Source: Alphaproteobacteria bacterium
GTDB lineage: Bacteria > Pseudomonadota > Alphaproteobacteria > SMXP01
Length of the DNA: 54,605 nucleotides
Direction of reading: 5' to 3'
Assembly: GCA_021774915.1 (NCBI GenBank)
Contig: JAJFIO010000054.1
Location: forward strand, 1-54,605
The translations under genes and the position numbers were made by a program. The notes under the pieces were generated by a model that searched no databases, had not been told where the DNA came from, and was given only the letters and a program-made list of their open reading frames with translations. Positions 9,836 through 19,251 of this stretch are shown here, piece by piece (positions within the stretch are counted from its first letter, which is position 1; every line of letters begins with the position of its first letter).

Positions 9836-12226
9836 CTAGAAAACGGCTCGCACCTGAACTGCCACTATTCGGGGCTTATCGAGGAACTCAAAATACGAAC
9901 CCGCAGACAACGGCAAATCATCTCCGGAGTGCGACGTACGAACATCAAAGAGATTTTTTCCAATAACCGCCAGTTCCCAGTTGCCGCCGTCGCTAATAAG
10001 GCGCAACGAAGCATTGAATTTTACATAGGCGTCCTGAACAAGGTATGGGTCATTGTCATCGGACCGGAAGAAATCATCTTCAAAGAACCCACCAAATGTC
10101 GAAACCAGTTCAAAGCCATTATCAAAGGCATGCTCATATGTAACTTTAAAGTTGCCACTGAACTCTGGAGAATATGTGAGCGGTTGACCACTCAAATCCT
10201 GAACAAGGACACCTCCGACGATGGCGCAGCCTGGAGCGGGAACGGCAATGGGAGCGCCTAATAGCGTAGCCACTTGGCTCGTCGTACACTGTGCATTTTT
10301 TCGATCCTTATTTTTAGCGCGCAAATAAGCACCCTGCAAATCAAAACGTAGAGAATCCGTTAATTGCCAGGCCAACTCTGCCTCTGCCCCACTAGACGTG
10401 GCTGTGCCTGCATTGGTGACAAAGAAGTTGATGATGCCGTCGAACGTTTGCACCTGCAGATTTTTGAATTCAGTGTAGAAACCTGCAAGGTTCAAGCGCA
10501 TTGATCCATCCAGGAAATTCATTTTTAATCCGCCCTCAAATGAGGTCGCATCTTCTGGATTGAACGCTAAAGTATTTACGTTCATCTGCCCGTTTTGCTC
10601 ATCAAATCCACCAGCTTTAAAGCCCTCAGCATACGATGCATATCCCATGATATTATCTGTAAAATCATATTGAACATTCACGGATGGCAAGAGCGCGTCA
10701 TCTTCACGTGTGGCTTGAATCAGACCCGACTGCCAGCCGAAACCAAATACGAAAGCGCCAAACAAGGGGTTTGCTGGGGTCATGGGAATGGCCATATCAA
10801 GATCCAGATTTCCCTGATTGGATGCAAGAATTTGCTCTCTAACGACCTTCTTCTCAACATTCGTATATCGCAGACCGCCGGAAATTCTGAACGTCTCGCT
10901 CACATTCCAAGTTAGTGCACCGAACCCGGACATCGTATCTTCCTCTTGTCGATGATCTGAAAGCCGAGTCGCAAATGTCGCTGCCGAAAAATCGTTAACA
11001 ACTGTTAGCTCGCCATGCTGGTAGTAAAAGCCGATTATATATTCCAGCGCTTTCCCAACGGGAGAAGCAAGGCGTATTTCTTGACTAATTTGTTGAAATT
11101 CTTCCTGCACAAACTCCACATTGGCAAATGGGATAACCGGCGCTGGAAATGATCCAGCCAATAAAATACCTGCCTGCGCACGCAGATCATCATACTCGTT
11201 GTAGCCCGTCACTGATGTTAGCTGATGATCGCCAATCATCCAATTTAGCGTGAGATTTGTGTTAAAAGTATCCAATTTGTTAAAATCATCAGCAAGCGGT
11301 ATTGACGCAATTCCATCACCACCGTTTCTGGAATCATCAAACGTAAAGTCTGGCGTTTGCCCGTTTCCTATGACTCCAAACGCAAAACAGTACCCGGCAG
11401 GGGCTTGACCGTCTGGCGGCGGGCAACCGGTAGCTTGAGCAGCGCGACCAAAGGTATCGCTTGTCTCGGCTTGCACTCTTAAAACAACATTGAAATCGTC
11501 TATAGGCTCCCAAAGTGCCGTTAAACGGCCCGCCAGTTTTTCTTCGCGGGGTTCCCTGCGACCTATAGTATTGTTTGTTTGCCAGCCGCTTTGGTCTGAA
11601 TAGATTCCCGCGACGCGTATTGCAAATTTGTCCGTAATCGGACCGCCAACGGCCGCCTCTACGCTGCCTTTTCCGATGCCTGTTTCCCAAGCGCCCTGAG
11701 CATAGCCTTCAATTTCATCAAGGCTCGGCAGTTTCGAGGCAATGCTTAGTGCGCCCGCGACAGTATTATTTCCAAAGAACGTACTCTGGGGACCGCGTAA
11801 AACCTCGACACGCTCAACATCCAGAAAGGCATTTCTGGTTTGAAGTCCGCGACCGTAATATATCCCGTCAATGAAGGTCCCGACCGATTGTTCAAATCCG
11901 TTGTTTTGCCCGGAACCAATTCCTCGCAGAAATAATACGTCGCCAAGCGCAGTTTCTGTAACCGTTACGTTTGGCATACTGATGGTAAGGTCTTCGAGTT
12001 TTGAAATTGCGTCGCTGCGAAGCTCATCACCCGACACAACAAGGATTGATATTGGCGTGTCCTGCGCACTTTCTACGCGCTTTTGCGCCGTAACGGTGAT
12101 TTCATTCAAGGCCGATTGCGCGTTTGCCTGCAAGGGCGCTGCTACTATTAGCGCGAAAAACGACGCACTTAACGATTTCGCAACAGCTACCGTTCCCCTT
12201 AACCCAGTCCCTCCCGTGATATCCAT
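9836..12226 (-). CDS. TonB-dependent outer-membrane receptor
   Basis: Signal peptide, plug domain (TVTAQKRVESAQDTPISILVV, VEVLRGPQSTFFG), a long beta-barrel and a C-terminal aromatic residue (VRAVF). Confidence 0.9.
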   Translation of the reverse strand: MDITGGTGLRGTVAVAKSLSASFFALIVAAPLQANAQSALNEITVTAQKRVESAQDTPISILVVSGDELRSDAISKLEDLTISMPNVTVTETALGDVLFLRGIGSGQNNGFEQSVGTFIDGIYYGRGLQTRNAFLDVERVEVLRGPQSTFFGNNTVAGALSIASKLPSLDEIEGYAQGAWETGIGKGSVEAAVGGPITDKFAIRVAGIYSDQSGWQTNNTIGRREPREEKLAGRLTALWEPIDDFNVVLRVQAETSDTFGRAAQATGCPPPDGQAPAGYCFAFGVIGNGQTPDFTFDDSRNGGDGIASIPLADDFNKLDTFNTNLTLNWMIGDHQLTSVTGYNEYDDLRAQAGILLAGSFPAPVIPFANVEFVQEEFQQISQEIRLASPVGKALEYIIGFYYQHGELTVVNDFSAATFATRLSDHRQEEDTMSGFGALTWNVSETFRISGGLRYTNVEKKVVREQILASNQGNLDLDMAIPMTPANPLFGAFVFGFGWQSGLIQATREDDALLPSVNVQYDFTDNIMGYASYAEGFKAGGFDEQNGQMNVNTLAFNPEDATSFEGGLKMNFLDGSMRLNLAGFYTEFKNLQVQTFDGIINFFVTNAGTATSSGAEAELAWQLTDSLRFDLQGAYLRAKNKDRKNAQCTTSQVATLLGAPIAVPAPGCAIVGGVLVQDLSGQPLTYSPEFSGNFKVTYEHAFDNGFELVSTFGGFFEDDFFRSDDNDPYLVQDAYVKFNASLRLISDGGNWELAVIGKNLFDVRTSHSGDDLPLSAGSYFEFLDKPRIVAVQVRAVF

Positions 12227-12346
12227 TCTAGCATCTCCCTAAACTTTGTTATTGGCGATTGTTATTCACTTTCTTGAAATCGTGCTCGCGTCGATGCCCA
12301 GGCTCGGAACTCAACTCTTTCACCAGAGCTTAAACGATATCATACT

Positions 12347-12360
12347 GTACCGATCGGTAC
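12347..12360. promoter_or_regulatory. perfect 14-bp palindrome GTACCGATCGGTAC upstream of the TonB-dependent receptor
   Basis: Read directly from the sequence. It lies about 120-135 nt upstream of the receptor ATG (12226). Confidence 0.3.
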
Positions 12361-12431
12361 GTCTAAAGTAAAGTATTTTTTCGGTAGTGTCTCAGGGTGA
12401 ATTTCTTTTCTCATAAGCATTCGGGTTGAGG

Positions 12432-12489
12432 TGCTCCCCAATTCGTCCTGACCATAGATTAGACTTTTCCGGCTTCTGAGGTGCCACCC
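12432..12489 (-). mobile_element. Tn3/Tn21-family terminal inverted-repeat-like relic (copy A)
   Basis: The minus strand of 12489-12452 reads GGGTGGCACCTCAGAAGCCGGAAAAGTCTAATCTATGG. The Tn21-type IR as I recall it is GGGGGCACCTCAGAAAACGGAAAATAAAGCACGCTAAG. The whole 58-bp block is homologous to 21375-21431. Confidence 0.5.
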
Positions 12490-12586
12490 ATCTTTGGGCC
12501 GCCCGGCGTCGAAAGCCAAAATCCCGGCCGATCTACTCTCCACTCATGGGGGATTCCGATCAGATCGCACCATGGGCCTGCCGTCG

Positions 12587-12599
12587 CCCCCCCCCCCCC
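12587..12599. repeat. C13 homopolymer (G13 on the minus strand)
   Basis: Counted directly from the sequence. It lies 40 nt downstream of the pabA stop, in the receptor upstream intergenic region. Confidence 0.9.
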
Positions 12600-12638
12600 G
12601 CATGTGAGACCCGTTCTTCCTGATCATCGTTTTAGGAA

Positions 12639-13208
12639 TCATCGCTTACAACATCGCACAAAATTTTTGATGATCGCGCGCCCGGTCATCGTCAGCAAGG
12701 ATTCCGGATGGAATTGTACGCCAAACCAGGGGCGCGCCACATGTCGAACCGCCATCGTTTGGTCATTATCATCCCAAGCGCATGACGTGAGCACACCACT
12801 CGATGGAAGCCGCGATATCAGCGAATGATACCGGCCAACTTGTATCGGTGAGGGTAGATCGCTCAACACGCCTGTTCCGTCATGATGGATGGTGCTAGCC
12901 TCCCCATGCAGCGGCCGCGTCGCACGCGCCGTTGTGCCGCCAAAGGCCTCAATCAGACATTGATGACCGAGACAAACGCCAAGAAAAGGAGTTTCAAGCG
13001 GCAAGCGTTTTATGAGTTCAAGGCTCACTCCAGCGTCCTTTGGCATTTTCGGTCCCGGCGACACGACAACCCCTTCAGGCGATAGAGCCAACGCTTCATC
13101 TGCGCTTATGGCGTCATTGCGGGCGATATGTGTCTCGCCGCCCTCAATGCGGATATACCTCGCCAAATTGTGTACGAATGAATCATAATTATCAATTACG
13201 AAAATCAT
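12639..13208 (-). CDS. pabA: aminodeoxychorismate/anthranilate synthase component II (glutamine amidotransferase)
   Basis: MIFVIDNYDSFVHNLARY, GVCLGHQ and FGVQFHPES triad motifs. It is translationally coupled to pabB. Confidence 0.8.
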   Translation of the reverse strand: MIFVIDNYDSFVHNLARYIRIEGGETHIARNDAISADEALALSPEGVVVSPGPKMPKDAGVSLELIKRLPLETPFLGVCLGHQCLIEAFGGTTARATRPLHGEASTIHHDGTGVLSDLPSPIQVGRYHSLISRLPSSGVLTSCAWDDNDQTMAVRHVARPWFGVQFHPESLLTMTGRAIIKNFVRCCKR

Positions 13209-14572
13209 AAAAGAGAATCACATTCAATCCCAAGGGCGATAAGAAAAGAACGTGCCTTGGTCAGTGTTTCATCATACTCAGCGCGCGCATTAGATCGCGC
13301 CGTCACGCCGCCGCCGACTGGAAAAACAAGGTGCTTTTCTTCGGCGACATTATAAGCCATCATTGTTCGTATTGAGACTGAAAAATCTGCACGACCTGAA
13401 TCATCGATAAAGCCATGGGCGCCGCAATAAGGCCCACGACCGATCTTTTCTATTTTGGAGATCGTCCGCATAGCTTCTATTTTAGGCGCCCCGGTAATCG
13501 ACCCACAAGGAAATAGCGCCCGAATAACATCGATTACCTCAACGCCGTTTTTCAAGCCACCAGAAATACGCGAAACAAGGTGATGAACGGTCGGGTAACT
13601 TTCAAGATGGCAAATCGCATCTTCGGAAATTGACCGGTCGTGACAGATACGTGACAGATCATTCCGCATTAAATCAGTAATCATGATATTTTCGGCGCGA
13701 TCCTTGCCATCATTTAGAAGCGCCTGTGCCAACACTTCATCTTCCATTGCAGTGGCTCCGCGCGGCCGCGTTCCTTTAATCGGTTCTACGTTGATCCGGC
13801 GATTGCTATCGATTTTGAAAAATCGTTCCGGCGAGTTCGATATAAGAGCGCCTTCTCTAAACTGGAGAAAAGCGCCAAACGGCGCGGCGCTTTCACCCGA
13901 GAGGCGACGAAAAACATCATACGGTTCGCCTTCATCGAGGCGAGCCTTTAGATGCTGCGCGATGTTCGCCTGAAAAATATCGCCGCGCAAAATACTTTCG
14001 ATAACCTGATTGACCGCCTCCTGATAGCACAACGCCTGAAAGTTCGATTGGAGTTCAACCGCCTTTACTCTTCCGCCGGTAACGGAAACACTTTTGCTAG
14101 CTTTGCGAAACATCTCAAATGTCTCAGCGGCATTGCGGTTGTGCGAAATCCAAAAAGAGCGGCGATTTTTACGGTCAAATAGCCACGCGCCGTCATAAAC
14201 GCCGAACGCCATATCCGGAAATGGAAATGGAGATTCCAGGCAAGACAATGACGGCTCAATCAGACCTCCAATTGCATATCCGAAAAACCCGACAGCGCCG
14301 GTCGCGAAGGGGACGTCTCTGACAGGCGCAACGCGCGTCCGCTCGGCTAACACTTTTTCGAAACATGCAAGCGCATCGCCGTCAAGCGTCATGTCATTGA
14401 GAAAAGCAACGCCGTTACGCACTTCGAAGCGCGCCGAAGGCTGAGCGACAATGATCGACCACTGAGCGTCAACGGTTTTCTTTCCAGCGTGCAGCAAATG
14501 CGCGTAAGGCTTGCCTAGAAAATGCGAAAAAGCGGAGATCGGCTCCAACCAAGGTGTTTCTTCTTGGATCAT
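13205..14572 (-). CDS. pabB: aminodeoxychorismate synthase component I
   Basis: Chorismate-binding enzyme motifs SPERFF, IKGTRPRG, CGSITGAPK and GPYCGAHGF. It is 455 aa long. ATGA overlap with pabA. Confidence 0.75.
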   Translation of the reverse strand: MIQEETPWLEPISAFSHFLGKPYAHLLHAGKKTVDAQWSIIVAQPSARFEVRNGVAFLNDMTLDGDALACFEKVLAERTRVAPVRDVPFATGAVGFFGYAIGGLIEPSLSCLESPFPFPDMAFGVYDGAWLFDRKNRRSFWISHNRNAAETFEMFRKASKSVSVTGGRVKAVELQSNFQALCYQEAVNQVIESILRGDIFQANIAQHLKARLDEGEPYDVFRRLSGESAAPFGAFLQFREGALISNSPERFFKIDSNRRINVEPIKGTRPRGATAMEDEVLAQALLNDGKDRAENIMITDLMRNDLSRICHDRSISEDAICHLESYPTVHHLVSRISGGLKNGVEVIDVIRALFPCGSITGAPKIEAMRTISKIEKIGRGPYCGAHGFIDDSGRADFSVSIRTMMAYNVAEEKHLVFPVGGGVTARSNARAEYDETLTKARSFLIALGIECDSLL

Positions 14573-14676
14573 GAGTTTCTCATTGAAAGTCTCATTTCCG
14601 TTTTAGCAAAAATCAACGCGCTGGTGGCCTGCAAACCAATGAAGTAAGCGGGCGGACGATATCCGTAATGTCAGCG

Positions 14677-14830
14677 TCAGCGTTCAATGACGAACTCTTT
14701 CCGCCACCGGTAGTTTGTAGCCTTGTTAACGCCCAAACGGCGGATCACTTCGCCGACGATTGCGCCTTCAGCAAGATAAACCTTGGCTTTAGCAATTTCG
14801 ATACGATTTCCTCAGGCGAATCACTGTTAC
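14677..14830 (-). pseudogene. IS3-family transposase orfA (HTH) fragment, frameshifted
   Basis: Minus-strand translation gives SDSPEEIVSKL in one frame and IAKAKVYLAEGAIVGEVIRRLGVNKATNYRWRKEF in another. This matches the IS3 OrfA pattern (SPEEI..., G.SV.EVCR..GIS..T.YRWRK.Y). No orfB follows. Confidence 0.5.
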
Positions 14831-14866
14831 CAGCTATCCAAAACTTCTTTTGATTTAGCCAGTTTA

Positions 14867-15958
14867 CTATCTCACCGTGGCAGCATTCAAAGGAATTGGG
14901 GCTGGACGCTCCCCGGCCCAAGCCGCTCGCACAATCGCACGCAAGCCGGTCGGATCAAGGGCGCGGGGATTCCAGTATGGATTGTCAAGCGTGATTGCGA
15001 CAGATTTATCGATGCCATCTTCTGGCATACCCAAATCCCTCAACGCAGTTGGCGCCCCACTATTTTTGGCAATGTCGTAAAGCGCCACTGCCGGTGCCTC
15101 GCTTCCAACGGCACGGCTAATGCGCGCCATTGCATCGGGCGCCGCAGGAGCATTATAGGCGAGCGCATGCGGAAGCACAATTGTATGGGTTTCCGCATGC
15201 GGCAAATTGAAAGTACCGCCCAGCACATGGCATAGTTTGTGATGCAACGCGACACCGCCGGAGCCAAGACAGATGGCGCAAAGCCAAGCGCCATACAATG
15301 CATCCTTGCGCGCCCCGGGGTGCGTTAAATCTTTTGTGATGATGGGCAATGCGCGAATCAATGCTCTAATCCCCTCCTCCGCCAGAAGGCTAAGAACCGG
15401 GTTGGCATTTTCGGCATACAGCGCTTCGATCGCATGCGCGATCGCATTCATTCCGCTCGTCACACTCATTATCGCAGGCAAACTAAGGCTGTAGTCGACA
15501 TCATAGAGAACGGTTTCCGGCAAAACCTTGAGTGTTTTCTGCGTCGTCTTCAGACCGCCTTCCGTTTGCCCGATAATAGTCGTCATTTCCGAACCGGCAT
15601 AGGTCGTCGGAATCGTCAGTTGAGGAGCGTCTGTATGCAGGGCAATCGCCTTACCTAACCCGATGGTCGAACCGCCCCCAATGGAGATGACGCCATCAGC
15701 GCCAAGCCTGCGGTACTTTTTCAAAGCGTCATTCGTTACATCGACTGGCGTGTGCATGGTTGCGTTGCCAAACAAACCCACACTCTGCGGCCCGAGCATG
15801 TCCAAGAGCTCCTGGCCCAGCTCTTTTTGTTGCGGCGTGGTCAGTACCAACGCCTTGGACATGCCTAATGCTTCAGCCTCATCGGCCAGTTGTGTGATTA
15901 TGCCCTGACCGAATATTACTCGAGACGGCAGACCGGTATAGGTGAAATTATCCATCAT
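14867..15958 (-). CDS. maleylacetate reductase (iron-containing alcohol dehydrogenase family)
   Basis: MDNFTYTGLPSRVIFGQG..., GGGSTIGLGKAIA, and His-rich metal site HHKLCHVLGG...LPHAETH. It is 363 aa long and lies in an aromatic-catabolic context. Confidence 0.75.
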   Translation of the reverse strand: MMDNFTYTGLPSRVIFGQGIITQLADEAEALGMSKALVLTTPQQKELGQELLDMLGPQSVGLFGNATMHTPVDVTNDALKKYRRLGADGVISIGGGSTIGLGKAIALHTDAPQLTIPTTYAGSEMTTIIGQTEGGLKTTQKTLKVLPETVLYDVDYSLSLPAIMSVTSGMNAIAHAIEALYAENANPVLSLLAEEGIRALIRALPIITKDLTHPGARKDALYGAWLCAICLGSGGVALHHKLCHVLGGTFNLPHAETHTIVLPHALAYNAPAAPDAMARISRAVGSEAPAVALYDIAKNSGAPTALRDLGMPEDGIDKSVAITLDNPYWNPRALDPTGLRAIVRAAWAGERPAPIPLNAATVR

Positions 15959-15991
15959 CTAGCACTCCAAACCGCGCACTTGGCTTATGGC

Positions 15992-16306
15992 CTAAAGTTC
16001 AGGCGCCAGCTCGAACTTTATTCCGTCCAATTCGTCGGATAACTCGATTTGGCAACTGAGGCGGGAGCGGCCCGCCTTATAATCTCCCGTGCCGTCGAGC
16101 ATTTCACACTCATTCTCGTCAGCAGCGCCAATCGTTTGGTACCATTCAGAATCGACAAATACATGACATGTAGCGCATATTTTCATGCCGCCGCACTCTG
16201 CGCGCACCATATCATGCTCATGAAGAAGTTCCATTAACGTACCGCCGCTTTTGAAGGCCAGTTCGTGTGAATTACCGTTCTGATCAACGACGTAGGCTGT
16301 ACCCAT
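15992..16306 (-). CDS. 2Fe-2S ferredoxin (adrenodoxin/putidaredoxin type)
   Basis: CGGMKICATCHV (C-x5-C-x2-C) plus a distal Cys (LSCQI). Confidence 0.8.
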   Translation of the reverse strand: MGTAYVVDQNGNSHELAFKSGGTLMELLHEHDMVRAECGGMKICATCHVFVDSEWYQTIGAADENECEMLDGTGDYKAGRSRLSCQIELSDELDGIKFELAPEL

Positions 16307-16337
16307 TTCATTCGCCTCGTATCTAGGTTTTACCGAG

Positions 16338-17909
16338 TCAATTTGTAGTGATTAGCACTGAGTGCAGATAGGACGTCAGCGCTTCCGCATCACCAAGCCG
16401 TGCGCGAAAAGCAATGTAACCGTCTGGGCGAACGAGATAGAGCCGCCCAGCGCCATCACTGCCGTAAATTTCACCCAACGCAGCAACATCTTCATCGCTG
16501 GCCATAAACGTTGAAATCGTAGCGCCAAAATTAGCATCTACGGCGTCGCGAATGGCACTCGCTTCGTTACATTCAGATGGTACGCCGACTTGCGGCATTA
16601 GGATAAGTGTATACCCATTGTGCCTGAATCTCTCGAACAGGCGATGCTCCAGCGCTAACTCGACATCCGGGGCACGATCGCCAGCACACGGACCATCTTC
16701 CATATCGTCCGCAGCCGAAGATGATTCCGTCTGGTCTCGGTAAGTGTAGGAGATACCCGCGACTAGCTCTGTCACGGACATTTGCCAATTGGGGGTCTCT
16801 GTCAGGGCCATACGTTCAGACATGCCACGCCCATGAGCCATAATGATGTCATGCATCTGATCTGTCCCATCGATTACCTGCTTGGCGACCGGCAAACGTT
16901 CGGTCTCGTAAGTATCCAACAGCTCCGGTCGTGCCTCGCCGCGCAGCACCATCGCAAGCTTCCAACCCAGATTCCAAGCGTCCTGCAAACAACTGTTCAT
17001 GCCCTGTCCGCCCGATGGCGAATGGATATGCGCAGAATCCCCGCATAGAAAGACATTTTGCTTCCGATAGGCATTTGCGAGACGCTTCCAGATCACCCAG
17101 TTAGTGATCCATTCGGGTTCTTGCACCTTGAACGCGAGATTGTGCTGGTCAATTACGCTCTGAAACGCTTCTACGCGTGACCCTTCCATCTTGGCTGTCT
17201 CGCCCATGTCGCTGATTAACACGCGGCAATTGCCATTTGGCAGAGGCGTTGTAAGCAAAAAGTTCTCATTGATCATGAAGTACTGAACCCAATCGGGGTC
17301 GCAGTCATAATCCTGGACGCTTGCGTCCATCATTTGCATGATCATCCCTTCATAGGCCTCCCCATCAAAGGGCAAGTCCAAGGATTTGCGCACGAAGCTA
17401 TGCACGCCATCACATCCCAGTACGTATGAAGGCTCCATACTGGTTATCTGATCGGATTTCCGGTCGCGGAATTCGACCCGCGATACACCTTCCTCTCCTT
17501 GTTCAAGGTGGCAAAGTTCAGCATTCCACTCGATCTCAATGCCAAAGGCTTCCCGTAAATGTTCCCGTAAAACACGCTCCGTATCCGCCTGGCTGTACAC
17601 CAGCACAAAAGGATACCGCGAACGAAGAACACGGAAATCGAGAACCGGTTTTTTCTCAAGGCCTTTGAAATTAAACAGGAATCCATTGCTTTTCAGCCCG
17701 GTTTCGACGAATCTGTCAGCCAATCCGATTGTTTCAAAAATTTCCAATGTGCGCGCATGAATAGTGAAGGCGCGCGACGTTGTGTTTGGCCCCTCCCTTC
17801 GGTCGATAATGCGGCACGGAATATCGCGGCGGGCAAGTTCAGCCGCCAGCATCATTCCGGTAGGCCCGCCGCCAACAATAAGCACGGGTTTATATTTTTC
17901 CCGGACCAT
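16338..17909 (-). CDS. FAD-dependent aromatic monooxygenase (PheA/TfdB/PcpB family)
   Basis: VLIVGGGPTGMMLAAELA (GxGxxG), DGVHS, GDSAHIHSPSGGQGMN, and a thioredoxin-like C-terminal domain (LYLVRPDGYIAFR). The start is taken at MVREKYKP; the track ORF extends to 17969. Confidence 0.8.
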   Translation of the reverse strand: MVREKYKPVLIVGGGPTGMMLAAELARRDIPCRIIDRREGPNTTSRAFTIHARTLEIFETIGLADRFVETGLKSNGFLFNFKGLEKKPVLDFRVLRSRYPFVLVYSQADTERVLREHLREAFGIEIEWNAELCHLEQGEEGVSRVEFRDRKSDQITSMEPSYVLGCDGVHSFVRKSLDLPFDGEAYEGMIMQMMDASVQDYDCDPDWVQYFMINENFLLTTPLPNGNCRVLISDMGETAKMEGSRVEAFQSVIDQHNLAFKVQEPEWITNWVIWKRLANAYRKQNVFLCGDSAHIHSPSGGQGMNSCLQDAWNLGWKLAMVLRGEARPELLDTYETERLPVAKQVIDGTDQMHDIIMAHGRGMSERMALTETPNWQMSVTELVAGISYTYRDQTESSSAADDMEDGPCAGDRAPDVELALEHRLFERFRHNGYTLILMPQVGVPSECNEASAIRDAVDANFGATISTFMASDEDVAALGEIYGSDGAGRLYLVRPDGYIAFRARLGDAEALTSYLHSVLITTN

Positions 17910-18454
17910 TTCACACCACTCCTTCCTGAGCGTCATGTGCACCGTCGTTTGTGCACCGTCGTTTTCCAAGAATCAGGTTATAGTGAAATGATACCGTACC
18001 GTCTAGTATTATTTATTATCGATCGCTGCCAAGTTTCAAACAGACAACACAAACAGGTATTTTTGGCAGACACGGACGCGGTTTCGAATAAATTAAATTA
18101 AAATCGGCTAAAGCACGCCGATACCAGCATCGTTTCGGCGATATGGCGACAAAAGACCCGGACTGGTATATTGGCGGCCACTTGAAGGAAAGTCTGCAAG
18201 GGTCGGCCAATCTCGCCAAAACGCAGCGCCAAGCACGTCAATTTGAACAATATTGACGAAATAGATGATTTTACGTCGCCGTGAGCCCACGCTTAACGAT
18301 TTTAAATGGTGGACATTTTTATTTTGCCGAACAATGCTTTATGGGAAAGAACAAAGTCCCCCACCCCGCAATCGACCTGATTTATGGTGATGACGCCATC
18401 AAGATGCGGAACCGAGAAAACTAAACTGATGATTTGAAAGAAAGGTGATTCCTG

Positions 18455-19111
18455 GTGAGAAAGACTTGGCTAAATATAAAGGAAACATCGTCGGCGCAGC
18501 AAAATGCGCAAAACGTTTCACCGAGAGCGCTACAAAAACGGTCCCAGATACTTGAAGTTGCGCAAGAACAATTTCTGAGACATGGGTTTGCGGGCGCCAG
18601 CATTGATTCAATCGTAGAGATAGTGGGCGGGTCTAAGTCCACGATTTACAGTTACTTTGGAAACAAAGAATCGCTTTTTGCCGCTGTGATACGCTCAGCG
18701 GGACACGCATCGGATAAATCTGATTTTCCTGTTCAAAGTGACAATATAAGAGATGATCTCATAGCTTTCGCGGAAGACCGGTTGGCGCATGTTTTATCGC
18801 CGCTCAATATCGGCCTCATGCAGATCGTTGTCGCTGAGGCGACGCGTTTGCCCCAAATTGCGGAACTTTATTATTGCAATGCACCTGTCCCTACCTACCG
18901 CGAATTAAAAGCTTACCTGGATGCCGCTGTGCGCGACAGAAAACTAGATATTGATGATATTGAAATCGCCACGCAGCAATTTATCGGCACATTGTTGCAA
19001 TTTGAGCTCTTGGGAAGATTGTTTGGCATTGAAAAACCCCCAAAGGCCAAAAAAATACGCGACAAAGCAATACGCGTGGTCGATGGGTTCCTTTTAAACT
19101 ATGCGCCATAA
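18455..19111 (+). CDS. TetR family transcriptional regulator
   Basis: ILEVAQEQFLRHGFAGASIDSIVEIVGGSKSTIYSYFGNKESLF HTH. The start (GTG 18455) is uncertain. Confidence 0.8.
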   Translation: MRKTWLNIKETSSAQQNAQNVSPRALQKRSQILEVAQEQFLRHGFAGASIDSIVEIVGGSKSTIYSYFGNKESLFAAVIRSAGHASDKSDFPVQSDNIRDDLIAFAEDRLAHVLSPLNIGLMQIVVAEATRLPQIAELYYCNAPVPTYRELKAYLDAAVRDRKLDIDDIEIATQQFIGTLLQFELLGRLFGIEKPPKAKKIRDKAIRVVDGFLLNYAP

Positions 19112-19251
19112 TTCACTCAGACCACATATACGAAAAGCGTTGCAGTTGCTTTAACAAGCTACTTGAGGAACATCGAACCACCATCTTCCGATCCCGAAGA
19201 CGGTTAACACAGGTGAATGACCGCCCATGCTGCGCAGATGGTCGATCACAA

